Shown here one piece after another: positions 47,756 through 61,898 of a stretch of 64,000 nt of DNA. The first letter of the stretch is position 1. Each line of letters begins with the position of its first letter. The notes under the pieces were generated by a model. It had not been told where the DNA came from. It searched no databases and saw only the letters and a program-made list of their open reading frames with translations. Position numbers and translations under genes: made by a program. Source of the stretch: Torpedo marmorata (taxonomy: Eukaryota); assembly GCA_977017645.1 (NCBI GenBank), contig OZ360224.1:151156001-151220000 (forward strand), read 5' to 3'.

Positions 47756-47879
47756 CTAAAATTGAGTTAAACTTGTACATTTCACGTATATTATGTCAAC
47801 ATACCATCATTTAGAAAATAGTTCAAGCACTGAGGTCAAGCAGTAATAAATTACTGCCAGAATAAGCACGCATGATTGT

Positions 47880-50780
47880 GTCATGACCCCCCTTTATCCC
47901 TTAGCAGTAATACCTTCACTCTAATCATCCTCATGTTCTTCACATAGGTGTAGAATTGCATTCGGATTTTCTTTAATCCAACTTGCCAAGGCCTAATCAT
48001 GTTCCCTTCTAGCCCTTATAAGTCCCTTCCTTATGCTCCTTCCTGGCTACCTTATGATTCTCAAGAGCCATGCCTGTGTTTGACTTCTTAAACATTATTT
48101 ATGCTTTCTCTTCATCTTGACTATTTGTTCAACCTCTCTTGTAAACCATGACTCCAGTACCCTATCATCCTTTCCTTCTCTCTGTGGGACAAATCTATCC
48201 AGAACCCCATGCAAGTGGTCCTCAAACAACCTCCACTTTCTGTTGTGCATATCCCTGAGAATATCTGTCCCCAATTAATGCTCCAACGTTCTTGCCTAAT
48301 ACTATTGTAATTAGCCCTTCTCCAATTAAATATTTTCTATATCATAGAACATAGAACACTACAGAACAGTACAGGCCCTTTGGCTCACGATGTTGTGCCG
48401 ACCCATATATTCCTTAAAAGAAAAACTACTAAACCCTCCCTACCCCGTAACCCTCTATTTTTCTTCCTTCCATGTGCCTGTCTAGGAGTCTCTCAAATGC
48501 CCCTAATGTTTCAGCCTCCACCACCAACCCTGGCAAGGCATTCCAGGCACCCACAACTCTCTGCGTAAAAATCTTACCCCTGATGTCTCCCCTAAATTTC
48601 CATCCCTTCACTTTGTAATCATGTCCTCTGGTGTTTGGTATTCCTGCCCTGGGAAACAGGCACTGGCTGTCCACCCTATCTATGCCTCTCATAATCTTAT
48701 AGACCTCTATTAAGTCTCCTCTCATCGTTCTACACTCCAAAGAAAAAAGTCCCAGCTCTGCTAACCTTGCCTCATAAGACTTATTTTCCAATCCACGTAA
48801 CATCCCGATAAATCTCCTCTGCACCCTCTCCATAGCTTCCACATCCTTCCTGTAATGAGGTGACCAGAACTGAACACAATATTCTAAGTGTGGTCTCACC
48901 AGAGATTTGTAGAGTTGCAACATGACCTCTCTACTCCTGAATTCAATCCCCCTATTAATGAATCCCAGCATCCCATAGGCCTTCTTAACTATCCTATCAA
49001 CCTGTGCGGCGACCTTGAGGGATGTATGGATTTGGACCCCAAGGTCCCTCTGTTCATCCACATTCTTAAGTAACCGACCATTAACCCTGCACTCAGCCTT
49101 CTGGTTTGTCCTTCCAAAATGCATCACCTCACACTTATCCGGATTGAACTCCATCTGCCACTTTTCCGCCCAACTCTGCATCTTGTCTATATCGTTTTGT
49201 AACCATCGACAATCTTCAGCTCCATCCACAACTCCTGCAACCTTCGTATTATCCGCAAACTTACTGACCCATCCTTCCGCTTCTTCATCCAGGTCATTTA
49301 TAAAAATCACAAAGAGCAGGGGTCCCAGAACAGATCCTTGCGGTCCTCCACTAGTCACTGACCTCCAGGAAGAATACTTACCTTCCACTACTACTCTCTG
49401 CTTTCTACCTGCAAGCCAATTTTTTATCCACACAGCCAAGGTTCCATGGATCCCATGCCTCAAGACTTTCTGCACGAGTCTCTCATGGGGGACCTTGTCA
49501 AATGCCTTACTAAAATCCACATAGACCACATCTACCGCCTTACCCTCATCAATTTCTTTTATTGCCTTCTCAAAAAACTAATTAGGCTCGTGAGGCATGA
49601 CCTTCCCTTCACAAAGCCATGCTGACTATCCTTGAGTAGATTGTACTTCTCCAAATGCTCATAGATCCTATCCTTAAGATTCCTCTCGAATAGTTTGAAT
49701 ACTACTGACGTAAGACTCACTGGTCTATAATTCCCAGGATTCTCCCTATTACCTTTTTTAAACAAGTGGACTACATTTGCCATTCTCCAATCCTCCGGCA
49801 CCTCCCCTGCGGCCAAAGAGGACTCAAAGATCATGGCTACTGCCCCAGCTACCTCTTCCCTCACTTCCCACAATAACCTGGGGTATATCGCGTCTGGCCC
49901 CGGGGATTTATCAATCTTAATGTTTTTAAGAAGATACACTTCCTCTTCCTTAATCTCAACACTGCCCAGCACACAAGCCTGTTCTATTCTGACCTCACCC
50001 TGATCAAGGTCCTTTCCTTTTGTGAATACTGAAGCAAAGTATTCATTTTGGACCTCCCAACCTCCTCCACCTCCAGGCACATGTTGCCTCCCTTATCCTT
50101 TAGTGGCCCCACCTTCATTCTCGTCTGCTCCTGTTCTTGTCCATGGCTATGCTAAATGTTAGGAAATTGTGGTCACTTTCACTGAACTGCTCGTCCTACT
50201 GAAAGGTCTTTCACCTGACCAGGTTCATTGCCCAGTACTAAAACCAATATGGCCCCCCCCCCCGGTCACCTTGTCTGGAATCATTCTTGGACATACCTAA
50301 CAAATTCTTCCCCATTCAAACTCTTTGTATTAAGGGGTGCCAATCAACATTAGGGAAGTTGAAGTCTCTCGTGACAATAACCCTGCTATTTTTGCTCCTT
50401 TCCAAAATGTGCCTATTTATCTGTTCCTCAGTGTCCCAGTGGCTATTTGAAGTACTCCCAATAGATGGATTGTTCTCTTCCTGTTTCTAACTTCCACCCA
50501 CAGGGACTCAGTAGACGATCGTTCCAGGACATCCTCCCTTCATACAGCTGTGATACTATCCCTGATTAGCAACAACACCTCCCACCCGCCTTATCTTCTT
50601 CCCTATTCCTTTTGAAACATTTGAATCCCGGAACATCAAGCAGCTAATCCTGCCCTTGCATCAGCCAAGTGACTATAATGGCCACACATCATAATTCCAT
50701 GTCCTAAGTTCATCACCCTTATTCTTAATACTTCTTGCATTAAAGTAAACATATTTCAACCCACCCAACTGCCTACATTT
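47880..50780 (-). mobile_element. Older CR1 fragment split by a younger CR1
   Basis: CR1-like EN/linker remnants at about 47880-48340 and 50126-50780; boundaries approximate. Confidence 0.55.
48343..50125 (-). mobile_element. CR1 LINE, 5'-truncated
   Basis: KSPGPD, NYRPVSLTS, DFSKAFD, PQGSVLGP, KFADN (catalytic D to N), LVRPHLEY; (ttctatg)n tail. Confidence 0.9.
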
Positions 50781-51611
50781 ATGTCCTCTCCACTACCTAT
50801 CTTTCCTCAGTTTCCCTGCTTATTGCATCTACCTTCACCCAAATGCTCCATCAATAATCTTCCTCTCTCCTTTGTAACCAAACACAAAGTCAACTACAAT
50901 CCCTCCGTGTCCCCAGCTGAATCAGCTGACTCAGCAAAAATTATAATATTCTCATATGGTTTAACACATCAGATGGTGTATTTAAGTGCTAAAGCATCGT
51001 TAGAACAATAAAAATACGTTAGCTTGCCACGCAGGTATATTCACAGGATCAGTACTGGAGTTTACAATTGCAAGATGAAAGTATAAACCAGAAATATTGA
51101 ACCCAGCATAACAAAACATATTGTAAAATACTATCAGTTTCATTTGATACATGGTATGCAATCACAATGCACAAAATTCATTTGCGATAAAATCTCCATT
51201 TTGTATACATTCAATTTTCTTCTCTCTCTCTCTCTTCCCCCCACTAAAAAAAATAAAGATGTCCAAATTTCCATTTAGTTTTCAGTTCTCAAACTCAAAT
51301 TTCCCTACCTCAAACAAGTCTCAAAAAAAGATTTAAATACAAGCAAATCCATTATGGTTCACTGGCTGCAGGTTTTGTCTTGCATTAATCCAAGTCGACT
51401 GGGAAGGGTGGTAATGAAGATTGAACAAGGGGTAGGGGATGGGCAAGGGCAGATGAGGCAATTTCCAAGTCTTCGGGCATCTCAACTGTGAAGTTGCTTT
51501 AATTGAAGGCTGTAGTTTTCAATTAAAGATAAATGACCAACTTCCTGGAAGCCAATTTTTATATTTTATTTTTACAAATGAAAGCAAGATTGCAGTTGCT
51601 AATTTTGCATA

Positions 51612-52319
51612 CAGTGAAACCCCGATTTTACGCAAATTTGGATATAACGCGATGAGTCATTGGACTCGGGCGTCGGGCTCCCAGCAGGAGCGTGGACCTC
51701 GGGCTCCCGGCAGGAGCGTGGACGTCGGGTTCCCGGGCAGGAGCGGGGACCTAGGGCTCCCGGGCAGGAGCGGGAACCTCGGGCTCCCGGGCAGGAGCGG
51801 GGACCTCGGGCACCGGGCAGGAGCGGGGACCTCGGGAAAGATACGGCAGTTCCAAACACAGACACACACGGGTTTATACTCAGACGCTCCGATACTTCAA
51901 ACACAAGTACTGGATCATTGGGTCAGGTAAGTGTGTTCTCGCATTGCAGACATTCAAAACACTACGACGCAGAAGTGTCTCAACCCAGCGAGGGTTGAGT
52001 TCACCCATCTGCCACTTGTTACTCTGACAGACTACGGGGCAGAATTGCAAGTGCTCTCTCCACGAATGTAGTTCTTGCTACTTCGAAACGCATTTAAACA
52101 TGCTGCTGAGCAGTGTTAAGCTGTGAGCGTTCAGCGTCGCACACTTTATTTGTTTCCTGGCGGCGAAATTACCTTTTCTGGTTTACTAAAAATTAATTTG
52201 TGTTTTAATGTCAACTGTAACAACAACGATTTATTGAAACCCCGACTTAGCCCGACCCCGCTTTTTTCGCGATGATATTCTATGGACCCCAACGATCGTG
52301 TTATAATGGGGCCACGCTG
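51612..52319. mobile_element. Tigger-like MITE carrying a 27-bp GC-rich array
   Basis: TA then cagtgaaaccccgattttacgc; degenerate right TIR gtgttataatggggccacgctg; array at 51662-51836. Confidence 0.65.
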
Positions 52320-52380
52320 TTTTTAACTAAAGAGGCTTGCAAATCGTTCAATTTTCTTCAGTTTATAGAGTGCATCTACA

Positions 52381-53542
52381 TTTAGATTTCAGATTTATTG
52401 TCAGAGTACATACATGACATCACATACAACCCTGAGATTCTTTTTCCTGCGGGCGAGGCAGAATTACCACTTATTGGTAGTGCAAAGAAAAACTACACCG
52501 CGTATACATGTAAACAAATAAAGAAGTGTAAAAAGATAATGAATGTAAACAAACTGACTGTGCAATAAAGAGAGAATAAAAAAGAAAATCAATAAATGTA
52601 ACAAGTAAGAGTCCTTAAATGAGTCTCTGATTGAGTTTGTCATTGAGGAGTCTGATGGTGGAGGGGTAGCAGCTGTTCCTGAACCTGGTGGTGCGAGTCT
52701 TGTGGCACCTATACCTCTTTCCTGATGGCAGCAGCGAGAACAGAGCGTGTGCTGGGTGGTGAGGGTCTCTGATGATTGCTGCTGCTCTCCGACGGCAGCG
52801 TTCCCTGTAGATGTTCTCAATAGTGGGGAGGGTTTTTCCTGTGATGTCCTGGGCTGTGTCCACTACCTTTTGGAGGGCTTTACGCTCAGGGGTATTGATG
52901 TCTCCATACCAGACTGTGATGCAGCCGGACAGCACACTTTCCACCACACATCTGTAGAAATTTGCCAGGGTTTCTGGTGTCATACCAAACCTCCGCAAAC
53001 TCCTGAGGAAGTAGAGGCGCTGACGTGCTTTCTTCATGATGCCATTGGTGTGTTGGATCCAGGAAAGATCCTCCGAGATAGTGACTCCCAAGAACTTAAA
53101 TTTGCTCACCCTCTCCACCTCTGATCCCCCAATGATCACTGGATTGTATACCTCTGGCTTTCCTTTCTTGAAGTCAACAATTAGCTCCTTAGTTTTGGTG
53201 ATATTGAGTGCAAGGTTGTTGTTGGTGCACCATTCAGCCAGGTTTTCAATCTCCATCCTGTATGCTGACTCATCCCCTTCCTTTGTACAACCCACTACCG
53301 TGGTATCGTCGACAAATTTGTAAATGGTGTTACTGTCGTACCGAGCCACACAGTCGTAGGTGTAAAGTGAGTAGAGCAGGGGGCTAAGAACACAGCCCTG
53401 CGGTGCTCCAGTGCTGATGGAGATTGTGGAGGAGATGTTCTTACCAATCTTCACTGATTGTGGTCTGGAGGTGAGGAAATCCATGATCCAATTACACAGT
53501 GGGGTGTTAACTCCCAGGACTTGGAGTTTGCTGATCAGTTTT
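52381..53542 (-). mobile_element. Rex1/Babar LINE, 5'-truncated
   Basis: 289-aa ORF: [29 protein letters not shown]. Confidence 0.88.
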
Positions 53543-53896
53543 AAATAACAAAAGCCAAAAGTAGTGCAATTTTAAACTATCTGTGCAATAAATATTTCAT
53601 TCCAAAGGCAAAAGGCTGAAAATATTGCACACTTAACAGACAAAAATCTATCAGTTTGAAATTTTACTGAGTCTTGTAACTTAAAAGGAACAATAAATCA
53701 GTTTAAGGTGATGTGCATACATAGAGAGTAGTATTTATGGACAGAAAGCAATCTCCATTTTGCTGTCATCGGTTTTAAGTATTCAAAGACATTAAACCAA
53801 CATTTTTTTTTTAAAAAGGGTTTTTTGTGGTTTTTAGTAGAGATCCATTACTCCAATTGAAAAGTCTCCTAATTCATAAAGTATAACAATACTCAC

Positions 53897-54005
53897 AAAC
53901 TCTGTATCTGTCCACATTCTGAGGCGCTCAACTTCCCCGGGTCTTCTGTTTTGTCTAATGTTACTTGTGATATTGTCCATTTCTTGCAAAACAGCTTCTG
54001 CAGTA
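53897..54005 (-). CDS. ATAD2B: ATAD2B coding exon
   Basis: ttcag/gtgagt; (S)TAEAVLQEMDNITSNIRQNRRPGEVERLRMWTDTEF. Confidence 0.93.
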
Positions 54006-54535
54006 CTGAATCAATGAAATAAAATATTAAACCATAATCAGTGATTTTGAAATGTGAATATTTTTATTATGAACACAAGAAAATAATCACAAACAGCCTG
54101 GGATTCAGCCAGACTGTACGAGGAAAATAAATCCAGAAAGTCCAATGTGCCAAAGCTTCTTGTGTGAAGGTGAACGCTGAATGAGATTTGGATTTTGTAG
54201 TTAACAAAGTTCAATGTTGGCAGCACATAATTTATAAAAAAATTTTAAAATGAGATAGGCAGAAGGTACAAGAACCCAAACATCTCTAAACATGCTACGA
54301 ATTAAACAACCTCTGCATTTTATTCCTAGAAGCATTCCAGCTTTATAGGATATTAAAATGTACCAAAATAATTTGTGAAAGTGAATTCAACATTTAGAGG
54401 CTGGCATCATTACCATGGAAAATGCCCCACTTAAGGGTAGCAAACAAGCCACTAAGCCAATTGACTTCAGTCTCTCAGGACACTGGTGAGTTTTAAAGCC
54501 CATAAAGTGGATGAGTCAGAGATACATCTGTAAAG

Positions 54536-57500
54536 AGACTTCCGGTTAGGGTGTGATATGGAGTAGACATCTCTATCACAACTCCATATCTTCAGTATAC
54601 TTTTTCCCGTTTACTTTTTTAAACTTTCAAAGTGGTGTCGAATTGCATATTCTGTAGTTGAAATGGATACAAGAGCTGGAAGGATCGATAAAAGCGGAAA
54701 AAATGGAAAGAAACAAGAAACTCTGCCTAATCCACAGGCAAACCCGACGACTGAGGGCTCCTCCGATGTACTTGAACAAATAAATGAATTTATTGATGCA
54801 GGATTTAAACGTCTAGATGATAGGCTTTTGGCACTGGAAAATCGACTTGTCGTTCTACAGAAGAACAAGGTCAGCGTTTGACCTTAGCAGAATCTAATTT
54901 AAAGAATTTGAACGACTGGGTCTGCCACCTGGAAGACAATAACGAGAGACTAATGGCAAGAATTATCGATTTCGAAAGTCGAAGTAGGCGGCAGACCTGC
55001 GTATTGTAGGCTTGGCTGAAGATACTGAAACTGGTATGTTTACTAAATTTTTCTCTGATTTGTTGGTAACGGTGTTTGGGGACGAGATGTTTCCGACACC
55101 ACCGCTTGACAGAGCACATCGTTCATTATTGCCTAAGCCTAAATCGGGGCAAAAACCATGTTCGGTGGTTATACGCCCAAATCGCTATCAAACGAAGGAA
55201 CTGCTGATCCGTGAAGCCCGTCGTAAAGGTACCCTGCAATACCAAGGCAAAAAATTTAGAATCGTGGAAGATTACTCTCCCAAAGTTATGAAACAGCAGG
55301 TCGTCTACAGGGAAGTTATATCGGAGTTATAACGTGGGTGTAAGCCTTCACTGCTGTTCCCAGCACGTCTTCACATCTCTCTTCCCAACGGGAGCAAGAA
55401 ATGGTTTGGTTCAGTGGAGGACGCTTGGGAGCACACTCGTAACCTTCCCGCTCCAACTCTTGAATGACATTCTCTCTTTTTTTTCTGTTGAATGGCTGCT
55501 TTGAACCGATGATTGAACTTTAATATGTTAAAGGTTCATTCATTTGTTTTTAAGGCTTTCACAGGAAAAGCATTGTTATTGCGAGTTGATTTAATTTGGA
55601 GTGGTTGAAGGAAAAGAATTTGACGCACTTTGATTGTATTTACGATTAAGATTATTCTATCAAAATGGGATTAAAAAAAAATTATATGCTTATGTTTTAG
55701 ATGCAATAGTGAGGAAGGTTCTTTTGTTCATTCTACATGGTTTTGTCCAAAGATTCAAGATTTTTGGTTGAAAGTTAAAAATTTTTTAGATAAAGTATTT
55801 AATATTGTGTTTCCAATGGATCCTATGTTATTTTTATTTGGAGATATTAGAAAATTTAGTATTAAGATGAAATTAAATATGTTTCAAGTAGAATTTTTGT
55901 GAATTGCTTTAGCTGTTTCAAAAAAATGCATTGCTATTACTTGGAAATCTGACTTAGATTTAGGATTAGAAAGATGGCATGCAGAGCTCCGATCGTGTAT
56001 ACCACTGGAAAAAATTACTTATAATTTATGTAATAAATATCATTTTTTCTTGAAAATTTGGAGCCCATATATGAGAGCTGTGGGTTTAAGGATTTGAAGA
56101 TCTCTAGATATCAGATCTGCTGGCACACTTGACCTCCATAATAGAATTAGTTTAGAAGGTATTCCCCTCATTCTATTCTTTTCTTTCTATTCTTTTTTCT
56201 ATTTTACTTTAATTTTTATTTTATTTTATGAGATTAGTGGGGATGGGGGGGTTGGGGAGGGGAGGGAGGGTAAAAATATATCACATGTATTTTGATAATT
56301 TTATATTTTATCTTATGTATTTTGTGATTTAAAAGTTTAAATAAAATAATTTTTTAAAAAATTATATATCCTGTAACACATTTTTTTTAAATACTTCACA
56401 AGAAGTCTTTAATTTTTTTTTGATGCGTACTGTAATTAGACTAAACATGGCTTCTTTTGGTTTGTTATGAACAGCTGCAGGGTAATGTTTATTATTTTGC
56501 TTTAGAGCAGGAACATCTAATCTCTACTGGAAGATAGTGGGTTTCTAGAATTAATTAGCGCGCTGTCAGTCTTTCCGTCAGCCTTAGGGGGGTGGGACTG
56601 GAGAAAAACGGGGGTGGAATCATGGGTGTTTTGCATTGCCATGGTGCTTTATTGTTATGGTTTTTTTGGTTCCAGCTTATGGAGTTGTACTCTCTGGTTT
56701 AATAAGGCCATCTGCAGGCCGGAGGTCGTTGTGCATGCTGCACGAACTTGGCTCTGCGCATGCGCATTGGAATTTCTGAAATTAGTTTTACTGTTAGTGT
56801 ATACTTTTTATAACTGAGTGACCATGGCTCATCCTATTAAATTCCTGAGTTGGAATGTGAAAGGGCTAAATCATCCAGTAAAACGAAGGAAAGTGGCTTC
56901 ACATTTAAAACAACTTAAAGCTGTGATTATATTTTTATAGGAGACACATATACGTGGCAGTGATGTTTCACGCCTGATGTCATGGTGCAAAGGGCAGCAA
57001 TATCATTCTTCCTTTCAAGCTAAATCTAGAGGGGTATCGATCCTTATTAATCAGAATATTCCTTTTAGTATACGTAATGTTTTTTTCGGATTCTAACGGT
57101 CGTTTTGTTATTGTGTCAGGGAAATTACATGATAAAATGGTGGTTTTCGCAAATGTTTATGCTCCCAATGTTGATGATCCGGGGTTTTTTGAAAACTTTT
57201 TTACTTCCTTGCCGGATTTAAGTTTATATTCGCTTATTCTCGGCAAGGATTTCAACTGCTGCTTGGACCCCTATCCTAGATCGTTCATCTTCTAACCCGG
57301 CTACATTAAACAAATCTGCCTCATTAATACATTATTTTCTATTGGATTATGGCATTTCAGATGTTTGGCGCTTTTTTTTAATCCTACTAATAGAGAGTAT
57401 TCTTTTTTTCCCCAAGTTCATCACACTTACTCACGTATTGATTACTTTTTTATTGATAATCATTTAATTTTATTAACTCATTCTTGTGAATACCACAGTA

Positions 57501-60500
57501 TTGTAATATCTGATCACGCCCCTGTTACAATGTCATTGACTCTTCCTAATTATCCTCAAAATAAAAGACACTGGCGCTTTAATTCAGTATTATTATTAAA
57601 TAAGGACTTTGTTAAATTCATGGAAGAACAGATCGTTTTCTTTTTTGATACTAATCTCTCTTCGGAGACCTCTAGTTTAGTTATATGGGATACTTTGAAG
57701 GCTTTTCTTAGGGGGCAAATCATTTTGTATACTGTTAATAAAAAAAGGAAGACTAATAAAGAAAGATCTGAGTTACCGGTAATTAAACAAATTAAACAGT
57801 TAGATAAATAATACGCTCAAACTAAAAACTCAGATGTGTACAAAAAATAGATTGATCTTAAAACTAAATTTGATCTTCTCTCAACATATCCAGCCGAATG
57901 CCAACTTTTGAAATCTAAAAGTCAATTTTACATTCATGGTGATAAATCTGGTAAGTTTTTGGCTAACCAATTGAGAGGATTTGGTGCTAAGCGTCACATT
58001 ACAAAGGTTCGTAAAGATAATGGTATTATCACTTCAGATCATTTGGAGATAAAATATACATTTAAAAGATTCTACTCCAAACTATAGTCCTCTGAATGTA
58101 TGAATGACGGTAATTTGATGAAAAATTTCTTAGACAGATTGAATATCCCCAAGATTTCTTCAGATCGTCAAATCAGACTGGATGAATCTATCTCGCAAGA
58201 GGAAATAACGGTTGCTATTTCCTCATTACAATCTGGAAAGGCCCCTGGACCCAATGGGTATCCTGTGTAACTTTTTAAATTATTTTCTCAATTGCTCACA
58301 CCTCACTTGAATGTGGTGTTTGCAGATTCGTTTAAACAAGTTAAACTTCCAGATTCATTTAATGAGGCTTGCCTATCTTAAATTGCGAAGAAAGGCAAAG
58401 CACAACCGAATGTTCCTCCTATAGACCGATCTCCTTACTGAATGTTGATGCTAAAATTTTGGCTAAAATTTTAGCCAATAGGATGGAAAACATTTTACCG
58501 TCAGTTATTTCTGAAGATCAGACGGGGTTTATTAAAAAACGATATTCCTATTTTAATATACGTCGCTTAATGAATATTATGTATTTGCCCTCCGGGAAAA
58601 CTCTTGAGTGTATTCTTTCATTAATTGCACAAAAAGCTTTTGATCGAATAAAATGGGCATATCTGTTTACAACCCTTGAAAATTTTAACTTTGGTTCTGA
58701 TTTTATTACATGGGTTAAATTATTGTACTCACGGCAATCCGCCACAATTTTTACTAATTTACAACAATCTCAGCCTTTCAATCTGCACGTAGCACTCGTC
58801 AAGGATGCCCGTTAAGTCCTTTATCATTTGATCTGGCGATTGAACCATTGGCAATTACATTTCGTGAGTGCAAGGACATCTTGGGGATACGGAGGAAAGG
58901 GATTGAACATAAGGTCTCTCTTTATGCAGTTGATCTCTTACTTTTCATTTCGGATCCAGTCACCTCCCTCCCCCATATGATGTCATTACTTTCACAATTC
59001 AGTCAATTTTCAGGATATAAATTCAATGGGCATAAAAGTGAACTTCTTCCATTGAACTCTCCTGCAACAATGTATGATGGTTCTCCTTTTAAGATTGTTA
59101 AATATCAATTTATCTATCTTGGTATTACAATTACAAAGAATCATAAACATCTTTTTAAGGAGAATTATCTTGCTATGCTTAAACAAGTGAAGCATTCCCT
59201 GACCCAATGGTCACCTTTGTCTACAACTTTAGTTGGCTGTATAAAATCTATTAAAATGAATATTTTGCCTAAGTTTTTATATCTTTATCAATCTGTTCCA
59301 ATTTTTGCTCCTAAATCGTTTTTTGACTTACTTGACTCGGTTATACTGTCTTACATATGGAAGGGTAAGCATCCTCGCCTTAATAAAGTTCTTCTACAGA
59401 GATCTAAGAAAGATGGTGGAATGGCTCTACCTAACTTTAGATTTTACTACTGGGCAGTCAATATACAGTCTTACGTTTTGGTCCTTTTTTCATAATCATT
59501 TTGACTGCCCATTATGGGTATCAATGGAGCTGAATTCCCCCCGAAATTTTTCTAATTTAGCGCTTCTTGGCTCTTCACTTCCATTTTCAACTAAATTAAT
59601 AGATAATCCAAGTGTTAAATATTCTATGAGAATTTGGGCACAGTTTAGAAAACATTTTGCATTTCATAATTTCTCTCTTTCAAGCCCTACCGTATCCAAT
59701 CACTTTTTTCAACCTTCTTTACATGATGCTATTTTTCAGAGATAGTATAGAGAGGGTATTCGAAGTTTTAAGGATCTGTTCATTGATGGATATTTTGCAT
59801 CATTTGAGCAGCTTTCGGCTAAATTTAACCTGCCCAAATCTCAATTTTTTAGACATTTGCAAGTCCGGCATTTTCTTGAATCACAATTATCTGATTTTCC
59901 AAGAGAGTCTGAATCAAATTTTGTAGATGAATTTTTTATTTTAATGCCTTCTCGTAAAGGTTTAATATCTATTATTTACGAGAAATAATCATGTTTAAAT
60001 CAGACTTCGTTATTTAAATTAAAAATGCTTGGGAACAGGATTTAAATTTGACTATATCGGATGTGGATTGGGTCACAATTCTTAAGTTGGTTAATAGCTC
60101 TTCGTTATGTGCTCACCATTGTTTATTACAATTCAAAGTGGTACACAGAGCACATTTGTCTAAGGTAAATTGTCTAGTTTTTATTCTGATATGAGCCCCT
60201 GTTGTGACAGGTGTAAGAGCGGAGAAGCGTCATTAATTCATAAGTTCTGGACTTGTCTTAGTCGAGAAAAATAATGGAGAGAGGTTTTCCATACTTTGTC
60301 AAAATATTTTAATATAGATTTAATACCAAATCCTTTGGTGGCCCTCTTCGGTACAATGGGAGGGAATGATTCTTCTGTGTCTCTGGTTCAGAGTCATGCT
60401 ATTTCTTTTGCCTCTCTTTTGGCGAGGCGTGCGATTTTACTTAAATGGAAGGATGCTGCCCCGCCTACTCATGATCAGTGGTTGTGTGACATCATGTCTT

Positions 60501-60700
60501 GTTTGAATATGGAAAAGATTCGTTATTCAGTTAATAATTCAGATATAAGATTTCAGACGTTATGGGGGTCATTTATGATTCACTATCTTACTTTATAATT
60601 TCACTTCAATGTAATTAAATTGTCTGATTCGTATCTTTTCCACATTATTTTTTTTTCTACCTTCGTTTTTCTTTTAATATTAATCATATATAGCAGCTGG
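54536..60700 (+). mobile_element. Degenerate near full-length L1 family B (ORF1 about 54663-55467, ORF2 about 56824-60598)
   Basis: 5' gacttccgg; ORF1 LDRAHRSL...FRIVEDYS; ORF2 SWNVKGLN, SDHAP, YRPISLLN, QTGFI, KMNILPKF; many stops; no TSD found. Confidence 0.85.
55688..56355 (+). mobile_element. L1 family A 3' fragment inside the L1 family B spacer
   Basis: Homologous to 24680-25358; TSD aaaaaattatat. Confidence 0.85.
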
Positions 60701-60767
60701 CAACGCTGTTAGGTAGGAGTTTTGAGTTTGACTGCACTGCAACTTCACATTTATTCTATTCTATGGT

Positions 60768-61898
60768 TACTGGGTGGTGTGGATCCTTGATGATTGCTAC
60801 TGCTCTCCGATGGCAGCGTTCCCTGTAGATGTTCTCGATGTTGGGGAGGGTTTTGATGTCCTGGGCTGTGTCCACTACATTTTGCAGGGCTTTACACTCA
60901 GGGGCGTTGGTGTCACCATACCAGACCATGATGCAGCCGGTCAGCACACTTTCCACCACACATCTGTAGAAATTTGCCAGGGCTTCCGCAAACTTCTGAG
61001 GAAGTAAAGGGGCTGACGTGCTTTCTTCACGATGCCATTTGTGCATTGGGTCCAGGAAAGATCCTCCGAGATAGTGACTCCGAAGAACTTAATTTTCTCA
61101 CCCTCTCCACCTCTGATCCCCAAATGATCACTAGATCATACACCTCTGGTTTTTCCTTCCTGAAGTCAACAATCAGCTCCTTGGTTTTGGTGACATTGAG
61201 TGCGAGGTTGTTGTTGGTGCATCATTCAGCCCAAGTTTTCAATCTTCCTCCTGTACGCTGACTCATCGCCGCATTTTATACAACCCACTACCGTGGTATC
61301 GTCAGTGAATTTGTAGATAGTGTTGTTGTCGTACCGAGCTACACGGTCACAGATGTATAGCGAATAGAGCAGGAAGCGAAGAACGCAGCCCTGTGGTGCT
61401 CCGGTACTGATGCAGATTGTGGAGGAGATGTTCTTACCAATTCTCACTGATTGTGGTCTGGAGGTGAGGAAATCCAGGATCCAATTACACAGTGGGGTGT
61501 TGAGTCCCAGGTCTTGGAGTTTGATGATTTATTTTGAGAGCATAATGGTGTTAAATGCCGAACTGTAGTCGATAAAGAGCATCCTGTTGTATGCATCTTT
61601 GCTGTCCAGGTGTTCCAGGGCTTTGTGTAGAGCCAGTGAGATGGCATCCGCCGTAGCCCTGTTGCTACGATAGGTGAATTGGAATGGATCCATGTCGCCG
61701 CTCAGACAGGAGCTGATATGCTTCAACACCAGCCTTCAAAGCACTTCATCACTGTTGATGTGAGTGCCACTGGTCGATAGTCATTGAGGCAGGTTAGCAC
61801 ACTCTTCTTGGGCACCGGTACGATTGACGCCTGTTTGAAACAGGTGGGTAGCACACCCTGCCGGAGTGAGATGTTGAAGATATCTGTGAATACATCCT
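60768..61898 (-). mobile_element. Rex1/Babar LINE internal fragment
   Basis: [32 protein letters not shown]; frameshifted. Confidence 0.85.
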
